Shown here piece by piece: positions 35,938 through 49,117 of a stretch of 64,000 bases of DNA (position 1 is the first letter of the stretch; each line of letters begins with the position of its first letter). A program made the translations under genes and the position numbers. The DNA is from Leucoraja ocellata (lineage: Eukaryota). A model generated the notes under the pieces. The model did no database searches and had not been told where the DNA came from. It worked only from the letters and a program-made list of their open reading frames with translations. The stretch covers positions 930,001 through 994,000 of the forward strand of contig JAWMAR010000013.1 in assembly GCA_036785375.1 (NCBI GenBank), written 5' to 3'.

Positions 35938-37727
35938 AGAGTTTACACAGTAGTCCCTCTGCGCTATTTATAACTCAGACGGGCAAATGCCAACGTGTGG
36001 GTGGCTGATCTCATGTGTATGTTGTGTACACACATCACACCATACGCACGCACAATTATAGGTTCATAAGTAATAAAACCGGAACAATTAAGGAAACACA
36101 AGAAAGTAAAGATGCTGGGATCTTGAGCAAAACACAGAATGCTAGAGGAACTAAGCGGAATGCTCAGCTGAGTTACTGCAGAATTTGTGCTTTGCACACA
36201 CAGTAAGCCTAGATTGTGGGATAGTAAAGCAAATAACTCTCCCTATTCACAGCGTTTCATTAATGTCTTAGCCACGTTCAGATGCTTTGTGGTTCTCTCG
36301 GATTGTCTAAAATCAACAATTTCAAGATACATTTCGTGATCAGCCATAGCCATAGTTAAAAGCCACAGTTTATGGAGATATAACCTGCAAAAATCTGATG
36401 TGATTACAAAACCTTCTTCCCGCCCCGAGCCTTCACGCTCAGATCAGTTATTCGTGGGACTCTGGGTGTGAATTCGAATTGCAGTTTTGCATAAAGTTCC
36501 TAATTTTACATTATTGCAGAGATCAGCTCTTGCACTAATTCCCAGGTCTCACTTGCTCCCCCCCCCCCTTCCCCCCATCCTTAAACACACCCTCTAAGTT
36601 TTTGAGTGTTCCCCTCAAAGCAACTTCCTTTCGGGAAGAAGTAAAATTCACCCTGGTTGTCACGTTGGAGCGACCAGGGACACTAATCCGAGAAGGACGC
36701 GGAGGACCTGGAGAAAATTGGACACGTTTGGGTTTTTGGGAAGGACGGTGCTAATCGGCCCCGGGCAGCTAATGTGACAGAGGTATTCCAAATCTCAGAA
36801 CAGGACACAAAACGTGTTGTGGATAATCCGAGATTGCAGCGATGAGAAATGTAACGAATGTTCTGCGGATGTTTGAAGGCAGTAAATGAATGAGAACAAT
36901 CTCCACCCGAGCCCCGCTCTCGGCGTCGCCCGATGGACTGTCTATCAGAACAATTACAGCACGGAAACAGGCCATCTCGACCCTTCTAGTTCTGAAGTTC
37001 ATGAAGTTCACTCTTCCATTTCATTATGATTCTGGACTGAAAAGAAACACAACTTCCGTTAAGCCATCAAGCACCCTGAACCTGAACCGGAAATTAAGAA
37101 ACTGAAAGAAATTAAAGAAAATATTTAAACAACAGTGAAGGTGAGAGAGACCTTCATCTCAAGGGACACCATCCTCCTTCTGGAGGATTGGGTTTGAAGT
37201 TGGGCTTCAGACCCGATGTTTCTCCCGTCCCTTGTTCCTGGATCCCACTCATCCCAGGACTGGAAGTTTGTGGGAATGAGTTCAGTCAATATTGTCAAAG
37301 TTTATGGAGTCACTTCCAGTCTCTGTCCAGCGCGGAGCGGGATAAATGCTTCTGATTCTAATTGAGACATAACACGCACACGTCGAGCTTTTATTCACCC
37401 CTGGAGCAAGATGTTTTAATACACAATGTTTATAAAGACTCACAAGTTGTACGGTCGTGGTTTCACGACACAAGCGCAAAGATTAGGCTCATTAGTTACC
37501 TCCTGAACGGTCAGTCCCACTGCCCGCTGCCGGGAACATCGCCCGGGTGTCCGGCAATACTGACCAGCTTGTGATCCAGGCCGTCTCACCCGGCCGAGGC
37601 CGAACAATCTGTAGAGCGAGCCTGGAGATCAATCTAGAGTTTGGTTCTTAGCCTTGTTAAGAATACACGGGTGTTAACCCCGATTCAGCCACGCATGTAC
37701 AATTAACGCTGTTCCCTTCCCCAACAG

Positions 37728-38019
37728 GACGAAGTGGAAGAGGCAAACGGCGGTGGGGCTGGAACTCTTGGCCGAGGCCGGGAACTACTCAGCTTTGCAG
37801 CGCATGTTCCCATCACCTTATTTCTACCACCCCAACGTGGTCTCTAACCTGGACCCGACTGCCATGTACATGTACCGGGGTCCCACCGCCCCGCACCCCG
37901 TCATCCAGCGGCCCATCGTCCCCCGAGTGCTCATCCACGGACTGGCAGCGGGGGGCGAACAACCTCCGTCCCTGCCCGGCCTCGCGGGCGTCCTTCCCCG
38001 GCCGCCGCAGCCTCGGTGA
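37728..38019 (+). CDS. barhl1: BarH-like homeobox 1, last coding exon (end of homeodomain and C-terminus)
   Basis: Acceptor TTCCCTTCCCCAACAG|G, then TKWKRQTAVGLELLAEAGNYSALQRMFPSPYFY...GVLPRPPQPR*. The SNLDP..MYMYRGP and GVLPR..QPR ending fit BARHL1 rather than BARHL2, and the cfap77/ddx31 neighbours agree. Confidence 0.96.
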
Positions 38020-38470
38020 GGCGCTCCGGCCCCCGCTCGGACTTACGTGGAAGCGACAACTGAAATCAAACTTAAATTTAAAAAAAATCTTCAGTATTTA
38101 AAACAATTTTTAAGAAAGATTGTATTCTACTGTATTTATGGTCCTTATTTTCAAACTTTTTGTGTAAAAAGTGAGAGGTTTTTAACTGTGAAACATAGTC
38201 TTAATTTAAAAAAAAAATGTTTTAATTCATCCTCGACATCTATAGTTTATTATTTTTCATTTAAAAATTTATAGTTTTTTACAAAACGGAAATCAACTTC
38301 ATGTAATGAAAAGAGTAATTGGTGACGTTGCACTATTTAAAATACTTTTTGTTGCTATTAAGCATTTAAATTGTACAATTTATTTATTTTAAACGTAAGT
38401 TATGACGGTCGACAAGCGCTGTGTACTATAGTGTAAATAACGTGAGTGTATTGTTTATCGGTGGCACATT
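38020..38470 (+). other. barhl1 3' UTR (AU-rich)
   Basis: AT-rich tract after the stop codon with TTGCACTA (38328-38335), TGTAAATA (38432-38439) and a downstream GT-rich stretch. The 3' end is approximate. Confidence 0.55.
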
Positions 38471-40467
38471 TTGTAGTTTCTTGTTGTAATTTTTGATTTT
38501 CTGTGGGGTGTAGATTGAAGACGGAGAGATGACTAGCCCCCCCCCCCCCCCCCCCCCCCGTTTCCCAGCGCTAACCCCCCAACACATCGCCGAGTAGTAC
38601 AGATATGATTATTTATTGAACACAGCGCTGAGGCTGGAGCGGCAGCTGTTACGGCGGCAGCCGGGGAGCGGCGCCCCGGATTCGGGAGCCCGACAGATGG
38701 AGAGCGGATCCTGGCGTCCCCGGCGCCCTCAGCGGGAAACAAAGAAATAAAGGATCTGCATTCGGACAGAGAGAGAGAGATAGATAGAGAGAGAGGGAAA
38801 AAAACCCCAATCCAGAACCCAACAGTTCGGTTTCTTGTACCTAAAATCAACAAGTCACCATTGCGAGGTTTTGCGTGGAACGATTTCTAAAACTCAACCC
38901 ATTTCTATCTACACCCTTCAATCTACGTTGTCTCAGGACTTATATTTTTTAGATTCCTATTTTAGTGACACTCCTCCATTTCACTGACAGATTTTAAAAT
39001 ACTTACAGCTCTAATTGTATCATTTTTACAGCACGTCTCGCAACAGGCCGTACAATAATTGTTACAAAAAGTTTGATTGCTGTTTAAATGGAGCCACTGT
39101 CCTTTCGAGCGGTGTGCTTAAATGTGAATTCCTGTAGCTGTCAGCTATGCGTCAGTCACGTCAGTATTCCATTTAATCGGAACTGAATGCAGCATCAATG
39201 GAAGAACGAGAGGCCGAGATTCAATGTCTGATATTCTGTTTCAAGAGTTTGCAAACGTTATTTTTTTATACCGATAGTTTGTCAATGGAGGATTTCAACG
39301 TCGATACATTTCCTTTCAGGCAATTTCCCAATAGCTGTTTAAATATCTTCTATTTCTGTTTGCATCTGTCATTTGTAATATACTCAAAGAATGCTCAACA
39401 TGGCTCCATTTTTTTAAAATTATATTTCAGTCAATAAAGGATTCGCTCTTATTTATTAAAAAAAAAGTTTACTAGCAGAACTTAAACGTTTTTTTTTTAA
39501 TTCTAGAGACCTTTAAATTGTCGGTTTCCATGGTTGGAAATTCAGATGTTGAAGAATAAAGTGTGTCGTGGACTAGGTCGCAGCTCGGGGCCACGTCTCC
39601 CGTGTCAGGAGCCCCCAAGATGGGTGTCTGACCAACTATTTTACACTTTCATCCCATGGCAACTTGTTCGCCACGTTCGCCACGATCTGTACAGCAAGAT
39701 GAGCAGATACATTTTTTGCTGTCAATGCTCAGTTAATTGTGAGCGGATACGGGCAATGGGGTTGTGAGGGGATTTGTCTAACACCCGGGTTGGGATGTAA
39801 CTGGGGAATACGAAGGCAGCGTTCTGAAGAGCTCTGGATACAGCAGAACGACCACACCACCACAACCACAAGTAATATCATAATTCTCCTCCTCATTTGT
39901 AGTCCAGGGTTTGCAAGGCCAACGACCTGAATCACATTGAGGCACTCGTGCGAGTTTGCGGGACAACATTTGATGGCTGGACGAATACTATTATCCCGCC
40001 TTTCATTTAAACATTACATTATTATCAGATGGTTTAGAGTGTTCGCTGTAAATGTTGATTATGAGGTTTGGTCAATTTCTGACAATTAATAGTTGGATTT
40101 TGCCTGTTGATTTATAGACAGCTGAATTTGAGAGAAGCCGCGATCTTCACTTAGGCTGGAGCTTGTCTTTATGTAAAGGTTTTCGCTGCTCCAGAGGTCA
40201 GACGGAAACAACGGTGGGAAGCAGAGGGAATATTTGTAGCAAGTCGAGATCAGCAGTAATGGTGGTAAAACTCGATGGGATCATCCGAGTCACAAAGCGA
40301 ATGATGTGTGGTAAATCACCCTGGCTGAATGCGCCGAGAAACAGATTGCTTTTGGGACAATCTGAGAGTTTCTGACCATCTCATTCAAATAAGCTCTCTT
40401 GTTTTTGGTGTAAGTAATTTCGACACTGGCTTCATCAATATCACTTGCCCAGTGGACTATGTTTAAT

Positions 40468-40738
40468 NNNNNNNNNNNNNNNNNNNNNNNNNNNNNNNNN
40501 NNNNNNNNNNNNNNNNNNNNNNNNNNNNNNNNNNNNNNNNNNNNNNNNNNNNNNNNNNNNNNNNNNNNNNNNNNNNNNNNNNNNNNNNNNNNNNNNNNNN
40601 NNNNNNNNNNNNNNNNNNNNNNNNNNNNNNNNNNNNNNNNNNNNNNNNNNNNNNNNNNNNNNNNNNNNNNNNNNNNNNNNNNNNNNNNNNNNNNNNNNNN
40701 NNNNNNNNNNNNNNNNNNNNNNNNNNNNNNNNNNNNNN
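40468..40738. other. Assembly gap (271 N)
   Basis: Run of N abutting a TG microsatellite. Confidence 0.99.
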
Positions 40739-40910
40739 GTGTGCGTATCTCTGTGTGTGCCTCTGTGTGTCTGTGTGTGCGCGTGTGTGTCTGTATTTAT
40801 GTGTCAGTATGTGTATTTATGTATGTGTGTGTCTGTATCTGTGTGCGTGTGTGTCTCTGCGTGGTTCTCTGTGCCTGTATGTCTGTGAGTCTGTGTGCGT
40901 GTGTGTCTGT
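40739..40910. repeat. Degenerate (TG)n microsatellite
   Basis: GTGTGTCTGTGTGTGCGCGTGTGT-type low-complexity tract. Confidence 0.9.
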
Positions 40911-43867
40911 ACCTAGTGAACCCATGTCGCCTTTATTTGATATTTTTTAGATCAGAAAAAGTCTATAAAATTGTGGTTCTGTGTTTTTAAATAACAGATT
41001 AACAAAGATCAGGACACTACTTGCAATTTGTCACAACATTTGGACACCAAGATACTATAGAAAGTGTGTAAAGTACCACAGAACCACGAGCTTGCCCAAT
41101 ATTGAAAATGTATTAGATACAGAATGTGACAGGAAATTCCATTTAATTTTAACATAATCATCTATTTGATGAACTGCTTCGCTATCCATCCTGAAACGTG
41201 CCCCGAAAGAGTTTTTTTTTATTTCAAACGATAAATTAACAGACTTTGGAAATACAGAATTTTACAAAGGGCACTCTTTTCTTTCCAAATAGTTACAATT
41301 ATGGGGAGAACGTGTTTTGTAAACCAATAACATTATTGACGTTCCTCCAATGTACCCACTGTACGTCACTGTAGACGAGACGTTTGACTCCTGGCTTTTC
41401 CACTGGTGAGTTTGACGGGCATATTGAACCAAAAACCATAATTAAGGCGATATCTTCAAAGCCTTGATTTGTCGCCAAATGAAGAAGGTTCGGTGTAAAA
41501 AAAATAATCAGCACGTACTGTATTTTATATCTGGAAATTTCGAAGGATTTGGTTTACCAGTGGCGAGAGGCAGAATGTAAACCCACCAGAACGTTGATTT
41601 TTTTCAACGGAATACTTCAGAGTTTAATTGTCGTGACACAGGCTGCTCCTTAACTTCCTCCCCACATTTTAGCGACTCTGGCTTTTGTACGAAATTTATG
41701 TAAAGGCAGTAAGCTGGTTCTTATTCTACAGTAAATAATATAGAGTTCAATATAATGGAGCAGGTAAGGGGACTTGTTGGTCCCTGTACACGAGCCCCGG
41801 TGTCAACACACACGTTGGGGAAATTAATTTTAATTAATTAAATCATTTGGCTTAAAGACCTAATATCAATGATAGTGAACATGGAACTACTTAATTTTCT
41901 TACGAACACATTCACCGATGTCCTTCAGGGTCTGGTCTGGGCGCGACACCTCAATGCCCTGTAAATTGACCCAGCGACCTCGCCGTTCAGTGGCCAATTG
42001 GACAATAAGCAGCGGTGGTGCAGCGACTTACTTATCCCGCGAACGAATAAATTGCTTCTGATCACTCGGTTTAAAAAATATTTCTGTACATTATGCGATG
42101 TGATTGCGTCTCTCAACTGTCAACGTCGGCGGGTATAAAATCCTGACTGGTGTGATTTCGGATTTTTCAGACTTTAAGCGCAGTTTGTGTAGAAACGTAT
42201 CCAGTAAAATGTCACTCAGGAACTCGAGCAGCAATTTATGTCACCGATATGAATGAGCCCGTGAGGTGTACACGTACCTGCATCGTGTTTGTTTACAGTG
42301 GTTGCAACAGAACCGCCTGTGACCCGATACAAAGCGGAGGCTCACATTTGAACTACTGTGACTAAAATTACGGCAGACTGAAACGACTCAATTATACCAT
42401 TCTTCAGCCGGCTGAAATTCCCATCCTCGCCCTGTTCGCCCGATTACAATGATTAAGTCGACACCATCACTAAAGCGAGAGAGACACAGGGAGGGTTTTT
42501 TGACGGACATCCTTATTTAACAGCATAATCTTTTTCAGCTTCTAGATTTCTCATTTTAAAGTCGTGGGGGGGATAGAATGTGTAAAATAAACACAATTTT
42601 AAAAGTTGCAGCTTCAATATTTTTTACTACTTCAGATTTTTTTTTTAAATGACCGATCTCTTTGATTTCTGCTCCAGATACAAATTACTGATATGAAAAT
42701 CCCCCTTTCTGATGAACGTCAGAAGACATTAAGCATTAAAATGGACCTCGGTTTTTCAAATCCATACTTTAAAATAATATGCCTTTTTTTAGTTAGGTGG
42801 CTTGATCATCGCTGATGAGCAATAAGATTATACAAACACCATTAACAGTAGAATGTGTAGGACAATAGGAAGCTACTAATCCGAACGTGTCAGTGCCGAA
42901 TGCATCTCAGAGCAGCGATTTACCACCAGTAAAGACAAGAATGACATATCAGGAGTGAGAATCAATTTTTGAATATTGTCGCAAAGAGGATGCAGCATCT
43001 TGGACTTAGTGCTACTTGGACCTGATGTTTAAGGAACTCTCCCCAATCCACCTATTCACAATTTAATTGTTTATTTAAACGGTGGGGGTATGTTTAACTT
43101 TGACCAGGCATGGAAATAGTACCCCCCCCCCCCCCCCCCCCCCCCAAAGAGTAGAAGCAAGGAACTGCAAATGCTGCTTTACACAAAACGATACAAAATG
43201 CTGAAATGCGCCGGGCAGCATTTCTGGAGAACATGGATGGGTGGCGCTACGGGTCTGGACCTTTCTTCAGTCTCCCCTCCCACCCTCACAGATACCGACC
43301 CCACATAATGCAGCAATGGTGGCTCCTAAGTACTTATGCCGCAGATACTTAAAATTCACACCCAGTTTGGTGGTTTGGACACCAAACTGGGTGGTTTGGA
43401 TTCCAGCATCTGCAGTTTCTTGTGTCTCCAGTGGTGAAGCGAGGCTGATCCGCACACGTGTCATTTGAGAAGGGCAAAGTAGGCTTGGGACATTAAATAC
43501 CTCGTCAGGATACTGAGACATATAGAGGAACAGAGTGCAACTCTCTTCAGATAGTGGGGAGACCGAAGTGAGTTTTCTGGCCGATGTAGAGAGAATGGGA
43601 TAAGGTGGAATCACAGAGAAAGCGCCCGCTCATTTCAGGTCAGGGTGTTACTGGAAGGTTGTAATCGCAACAAAGAGGAGATTTAGGAGGATGTCATGTG
43701 CGGAGAAATGTAGTTAATTATAATGTACTTGTTGGAACACCTGCTCGGTCCAAGACCAGGCTCAGCCGTGGGGTTAAGTCACTGCTCCTTCATTGGCAGA
43801 CATGGATACAGTGGGCGGAAGGGCCTCCTGCGTGACCCCGAGTGGTGCTGTACATCTTTGTGAATGG

Positions 43868-44060
43868 AGGAACTGTCGATGCTGGCTTTAACCGAAGATA
43901 GACACAACATGCTGGAGTAACTCAGCGGGTCAGGCAGCATCTCTGGAGAAAAGGAATAGGTGACGTTTCGGGTCGAGACCCGTCTTCAGACTGAGGGTCG
44001 GGAGAGGGAATATAGAGATATAGACGGTAAATATGAATGAAAGATATGCAAAAAGTGATC
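43868..44060 (-). mobile_element. Penelope-derived short element
   Basis: Same unit as 46640-46810; the reverse complement of 43962-43989 is CTGAAGACGGGTCTCGACCCGAAACGTC. Confidence 0.75.
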
Positions 44061-44530
44061 TTTGTTGGGCCGGTGAAATGTCGGGAAGTCAGTTGTGGCC
44101 CAGGGACAGTTACAGTTTACTGGAACGGAAAGAATTGGGACCGGGAGGAAAGCAACTGTGTCATTCATATGAAGAAATGTCCGCCGTGGGGAGGAGGTGC
44201 GGAGACACACACGGTCTGCTCAAGGGGCTACACTTGTAAACTCCCTCGGTCTCGCTTCACACACGGCGTGGACTAGTTGGGCCTGTGTCTGTGTTGTTTG
44301 GCCGAATAGTTCTATGACTCCCATACTCACGGTCCTCTCTCATCGGAGACTGAAGCATTTGTCCAGTGTTAGCTATTGACATCTAGTTTGCTTCATTCAA
44401 CCCCGTGTGGTGGGAATCTTCTGCCGATTCTATTCGCCCTACAAACCTCAAACATTTCCTTGTCTCTGCCAAGGCTTCAGAGAAGACAATAATCTAGACA
44501 AGAGGCTGGTTTCTCCCGCCTTGGCCTTGA

Positions 44531-44717
44531 NNNNNNNNNNNNNNNNNNNNNNNNNNNNNNNNNNNNNNNNNNNNNNNNNNNNNNNNNNNNNNNNNNNNNN
44601 NNNNNNNNNNNNNNNNNNNNNNNNNNNNNNNNNNNNNNNNNNNNNNNNNNNNNNNNNNNNNNNNNNNNNNNNNNNNNNNNNNNNNNNNNNNNNNNNNNNN
44701 NNNNNNNNNNNNNNNNN
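44531..44717. other. Assembly gap (187 N)
   Basis: Run of N. Confidence 0.99.
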
Positions 44718-46639
44718 CAAGTGAAGAACCAATCTGAAGAAGGGTCTCGACCCTAACGTCACTATCCCTTTTCTCCAGAGATGCTGTTGAACCCGCTGAG
44801 TTCCTCCACCAATTTGTGTCTATTTTGCACAGAATCTATAACCCGGCCACAGTCCCTGCTACGTCCAGCCCAGACCCCGCGTGAATTATGTAGCAGAGCT
44901 CCGTGCCCGCTCCTTATGTTAATTTTTCTAATTATGTCTTCTCAACAGCCACTTTTCAGCGGTAATTTGAATATACTGATGGCGGCTTTGATGTTATACT
45001 GAATAAACATTGGTCTCAAATGGAAACATTGATAATGACATCCAGAAATATTGTTTTAAACAGTCTAACCCGGGTAGTTTACTTTGGACTTTTTCAAATA
45101 TTTTTGCAAACTTCAGAATCCACGTGTACAATTCATTGGGGAGATGCCCCAATTCTTTTGCCAGGAGAGACGGGGAAAGGGCCTGTGTTTACATCCTGCA
45201 GCGCTCCACGGGCGAAGTGAGAGTTGAGGGTGGAGTTGGGGCAGAGTGCAGGGAGCTGATTAATTCACGAAGTTTGCCATATATATTTTATTTGTATTTG
45301 TTTATTTGCAGAAAGTCGGCTGTTTATCTTTGCTTGTTGGCGTGTGAAAGGGCCTGGCAAATCCGACCCGCCTTGAAGAGGACTCGGGGTTAATGAAGTG
45401 ACTCACCGAACAAAAAGGCTGCACAACAAAACGAGAGGATTCGGCAAGGATTGACTTAAACCCAGGGGATAATGAGAGGTTTCATAATCTCATTGCTTCA
45501 TAATGAAACGAAATAAGGGCACAACTAAGTTTCTTTAAATTAAATTTATAATCTACCTCAAAGAGCAAAAAAAAAACCACCTCTCAACTGGATGACGTTT
45601 GAAAATAGCCTGTAATTAAAATCTGAAGATTAATATGCCTTTCTTTGTTTTTAATGAGTTGCAATATTAACCTGACGGCTTTAAAAATATATAATGTATA
45701 TAACATCAGAGAGTGTAGCCGAGGAAAACTTTAGTGTCTGTCATAAAAGACCAGATCTATGAAAATCCATCACTTAAAACTGGCCTACAACTGAAATAGA
45801 TCAAACAATCAGCAGGTTCTTTTATGCTCCGACAACAAATGCATCAATTACATTTATTTTGGCGTCAATAAAAACAGCAACAAATAAAAATTGAAGACAC
45901 TGTTTATTGTATGTAAAATGACAACCTTAAATGTTGATTAAAAAAAAACAACCACACAACCTTTCGCCCATCCCCGCTGGTGCTGCAATTCCTAAAACAA
46001 TTTTGTTTGCAGATTTTCATTGCACCCTGACTACAACTAAATAAATGTGATTGGCAAAATTTCACATGCAGATTCATCTTGCGCCTGTTTTTTTGGTCTG
46101 GTTAAAAGAACTTCAACTTGCTGTAGGATGTATTAAATCAAGCCTCGGTTAGTGGGACTGAGAAACAGGGAAGTCCATCACCAGTAGCTCCTTGTGGGGG
46201 AGTCGTCATCACCTCAGGTGCAAAACAGAAAGCTATGCACCAAGTTGTTAACAAACATGCAGAAATCAAAACTGTTAACAAGTGGACAAACATAATACTT
46301 TGCCATCTGATAGCAAAACAAAAACTGGCCGAGGCACTCGGCAAGGCAAGCAACACTGGTGGAGGGAGCGGGATGGCTGATGTTTCAGGTGATGATCGAT
46401 AACCTGCCGAAATGATTGAGATAAGAATGTAAAACCTCAGGAGCAGGAGTAGTTCACTCGTCCATTTCATGCCTGACCCACCATTCAATATGGCCATGGC
46501 CCCATGGCCCTCATCTCTCTCACCTTTCTTTGGTTTGTTAGATTCTTGCCTTTGCCAGCTGCCTGTTAGCTGGTGGACATAGTGAAATTTGTTATTATTT
46601 TGATTTGGATGCAATACTTGAATTACAACAACTAGTTAT

Positions 46640-47390
46640 ACTGAAGATACACAAAGCAGGAGTAACAAAGTGGGACAGGCTGCATCTCTGGAGAGAAGGA
46701 ATAGGTGACGGTTCGGGCCGAGACTCTTCTTCAGACTGGTTAGGGAGAAGGGAAACGAGAGATATAGACGGTGATGTAGAGAGATAAAGAACAATAAATG
46801 AAAGATATGCAAAAAAGAAGCTAGTGCGTCTTGGGTGGGGGAGGGATAGAGAGAGAGAGGGAATGCCAGGGCTGCCTGGTGAGAGAAATCAATATTCATA
46901 CAACTGGGCTGTAAGCTGCCCTGGCGAAATATGAGATACTGTTCCTCCAATTTGCATTTAGCCTCACTCTGAAAATGGAGGAGACCTAGGACAGTAAGGT
47001 CTGTGTAGGAATGGGAAGGAGAATTAAAGTGTCCAGCAACCGGGAGATCCGGTGTTCCACAAAACGATCGCCCAGTCGACATTTGGTCTCGCCGATGTAT
47101 AAGAGTCCACATCTTGAACGGATACAGTAAATAAGGTTGGAGGAGGTGCAAGTGAATCTCTGCCTAACCTGAAAGGAGTGTCGTGGTCCCTGGACAGAGT
47201 CGAGGGAGGAGGTATAGTGACAGGTGATGCAATGGGAAGGTACCTGGAGAGGGGGTGGTTTGGGTTGGAAGGGATGAATTAACCAGGGAGTTGCAGAGGA
47301 AATGGTCTCTGCGGAAAGGGTTGGAGATGGGAAACTGTGGCTAGTGGTAGGATCACATTGGAGGTGGTAGAAATTTCGGAGGATTATAGT
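46640..47390 (-). mobile_element. Penelope-like retroelement 3' fragment encoding a degenerate GIY-YIG endonuclease
   Basis: Minus strand reads CITCHYTSSLDSVQGPRHSFQVRQRFTCTSSNLIYCIRSRCGLLYIGETKCRLGDRFVEH, then after a frame change PDLPVAGHFNSPSH...KLEEQYLIFRQGSLQP..MNIDFS, followed by the short terminal unit found throughout the window. Confidence 0.88.
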
Positions 47391-47609
47391 TCATTTATAT
47401 AGCACAATTAATGTAGCAAAACATAGCAGATATCCAATTAGACTAGCGATGCAATCCAGGGTAGGTAACAATAGGTAGATTTTAAGGAATTAATTAAAAG
47501 AGAAGGGGTGGAGAGGATTAAGGGAGGAAACTCCAGAGATTAAAACTATGGTTGTCAACGAGTGAACGAGGAATATGTGCCAATGAAGACCAGTGGTGGG
47601 TGAACAGGA

Positions 47610-47824
47610 TTGAGATGATATTGTGTTTAAGAAGGAACTGCAGATGCTGGAAAATTGAAGGTACACAAAAAAGCTGGAGAAACTCTGCGGGTGCAGCAGC
47701 ATCTATGGAGTGAAGGAAATATGCAACGTTTCGGGCCGAAACCCTTCTTCAGTCTGAAAGTATAGATGCTGCTGCACCCACAGAGTTTCTTCAGCTTTTT
47801 TGTGTACCTTTGAGATGATATTGT
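47610..47824. mobile_element. Fold-back Penelope-derived element with asymmetric central deletion
   Basis: 15-bp TSD TTGAGATGATATTGT at 47610-47624 and 47810-47824; inverted arms. Confidence 0.85.
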
Positions 47825-48972
47825 CTTGGACAAGATCAAAAACTGAGGGAAGCTAGAAAGGTATGTGTTGGAATACTCAAGGACTAAGGTAACAAAGATA
47901 TGGGTAAGGATTTTAACAGACAATACTATTGAGATGGTCATGGATAATCTTTGATAGTTTGGATATGTGGCCCGATGATCAAATGTGACACAAAGATTGA
48001 GCCCAATCTGGTTCAGCCAGAGATGAGGGTTTACAACTACTGGAGTTATTGATGGTAATTACTTTGTTTACTTTACATTTGATCAGAGGAGATCTCTGTC
48101 CATCCATTACTGGATGTGGGATTGTAATTTGAGAGAAGAGTAGGTGGGCAGGTTGGAAAAAAGTAGTGGTGAGATGATGCTGGATTATGCCACAGTACAT
48201 TTGAATCCGATACTGTTGTCTTGGAGCAGATTGAGTGGATTGGGAAATAGGAGGGAGTGATAGATAAGAGTGGAACCAGGTGACTGCAGACACATTCAGC
48301 TGAAGCATGATGGAAGACGTCGTCAGCCATGGCAAAGACTGCACAAGGGTTGAGAATGGTGAGAGGAGACTGATATTACAGCCACAAAGGGTTTATTATT
48401 AACTTTGATAGTACGTTGCATAGTGGCTGAAACAGAATAGTAAAGCGAATGATGAATATTGATTTGGAAAAGATATAAAAGATTCTAGAATGTGGGAGGG
48501 TAAGCGATTACAGAAGGAATCCAGGATTACATTTTTGGAGGAGAACTATTAACTATTTTGCCTTATGCGAAGATTTGGATGGAAGATTGGGCGATTGTTC
48601 AGTTAGGATAGGGCCCAGACAATACTGGGGCACAATAAGGTCCGAGGGCATAAAGGTAAAAGGGAACTACAAACTTATTCTACTGTCATGATATTTTCTG
48701 TGCCCTTGTTTTTCAGTAACAAAGATATTATACTTTCTATGTTTAAATCTGTTTTAATTTGAATCTAAAACCGTTTTATTCTCCACTGTACAAAATATAA
48801 ATTACACACAATTCAGTATCATCTTAAAAACAGTTTCAGCAGACACAGCCGGTCAGTTTGCCCATTGCATCATGTAACCTGCTGCTCAGTGCTATGAACT
48901 TCATTTTAATGTCACTTGAGCAGCATTGCTAGCAGAGCCTTTGACAGTGTCTGCAGGGTTTGGTGACTCACT

Positions 48973-49117
48973 TCAGGCACTTTCCGGCTGGGGGCTCCTT
49001 AAAGACTTTCGCTTCTTCTTTACCTTATAAAATGTTTCCCCTAGTCCACTTGCATATTCAGATCGCAGTTTCAAAGTTACTTGGGCCGTCGCAGAAAGAT
49101 TCCTGCCCAAGCCAGAC
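48973..49117 (-). CDS. ddx31: DEAD-box helicase 31, last coding exon
   Basis: Minus-strand acceptor TTTTCTCTCTTCTTCAG|G, then SGLGRNLSATAQVTLKLRSEYASGLGETFYKVKKKRKSLRSPQPESA*. LRSEYASG...KVKK matches the recalled DDX31 motif LRSEYSSG...KVKK. Convergent with barhl1 as in tetrapods; minus-strand AATAAA at 48775-48780. Too short for the supplied ORF track. Confidence 0.8.

Noticed and set aside
32874-38019. Assignment as barhl2
   Set aside because: The N-terminus (KGD..GDCRSP), C-terminus (GVLPR..QPR) and cfap77/ddx31 neighbours fit barhl1.
35657-44762. ORFs in the track that span N runs
   Set aside because: Artefacts of translating assembly gaps.
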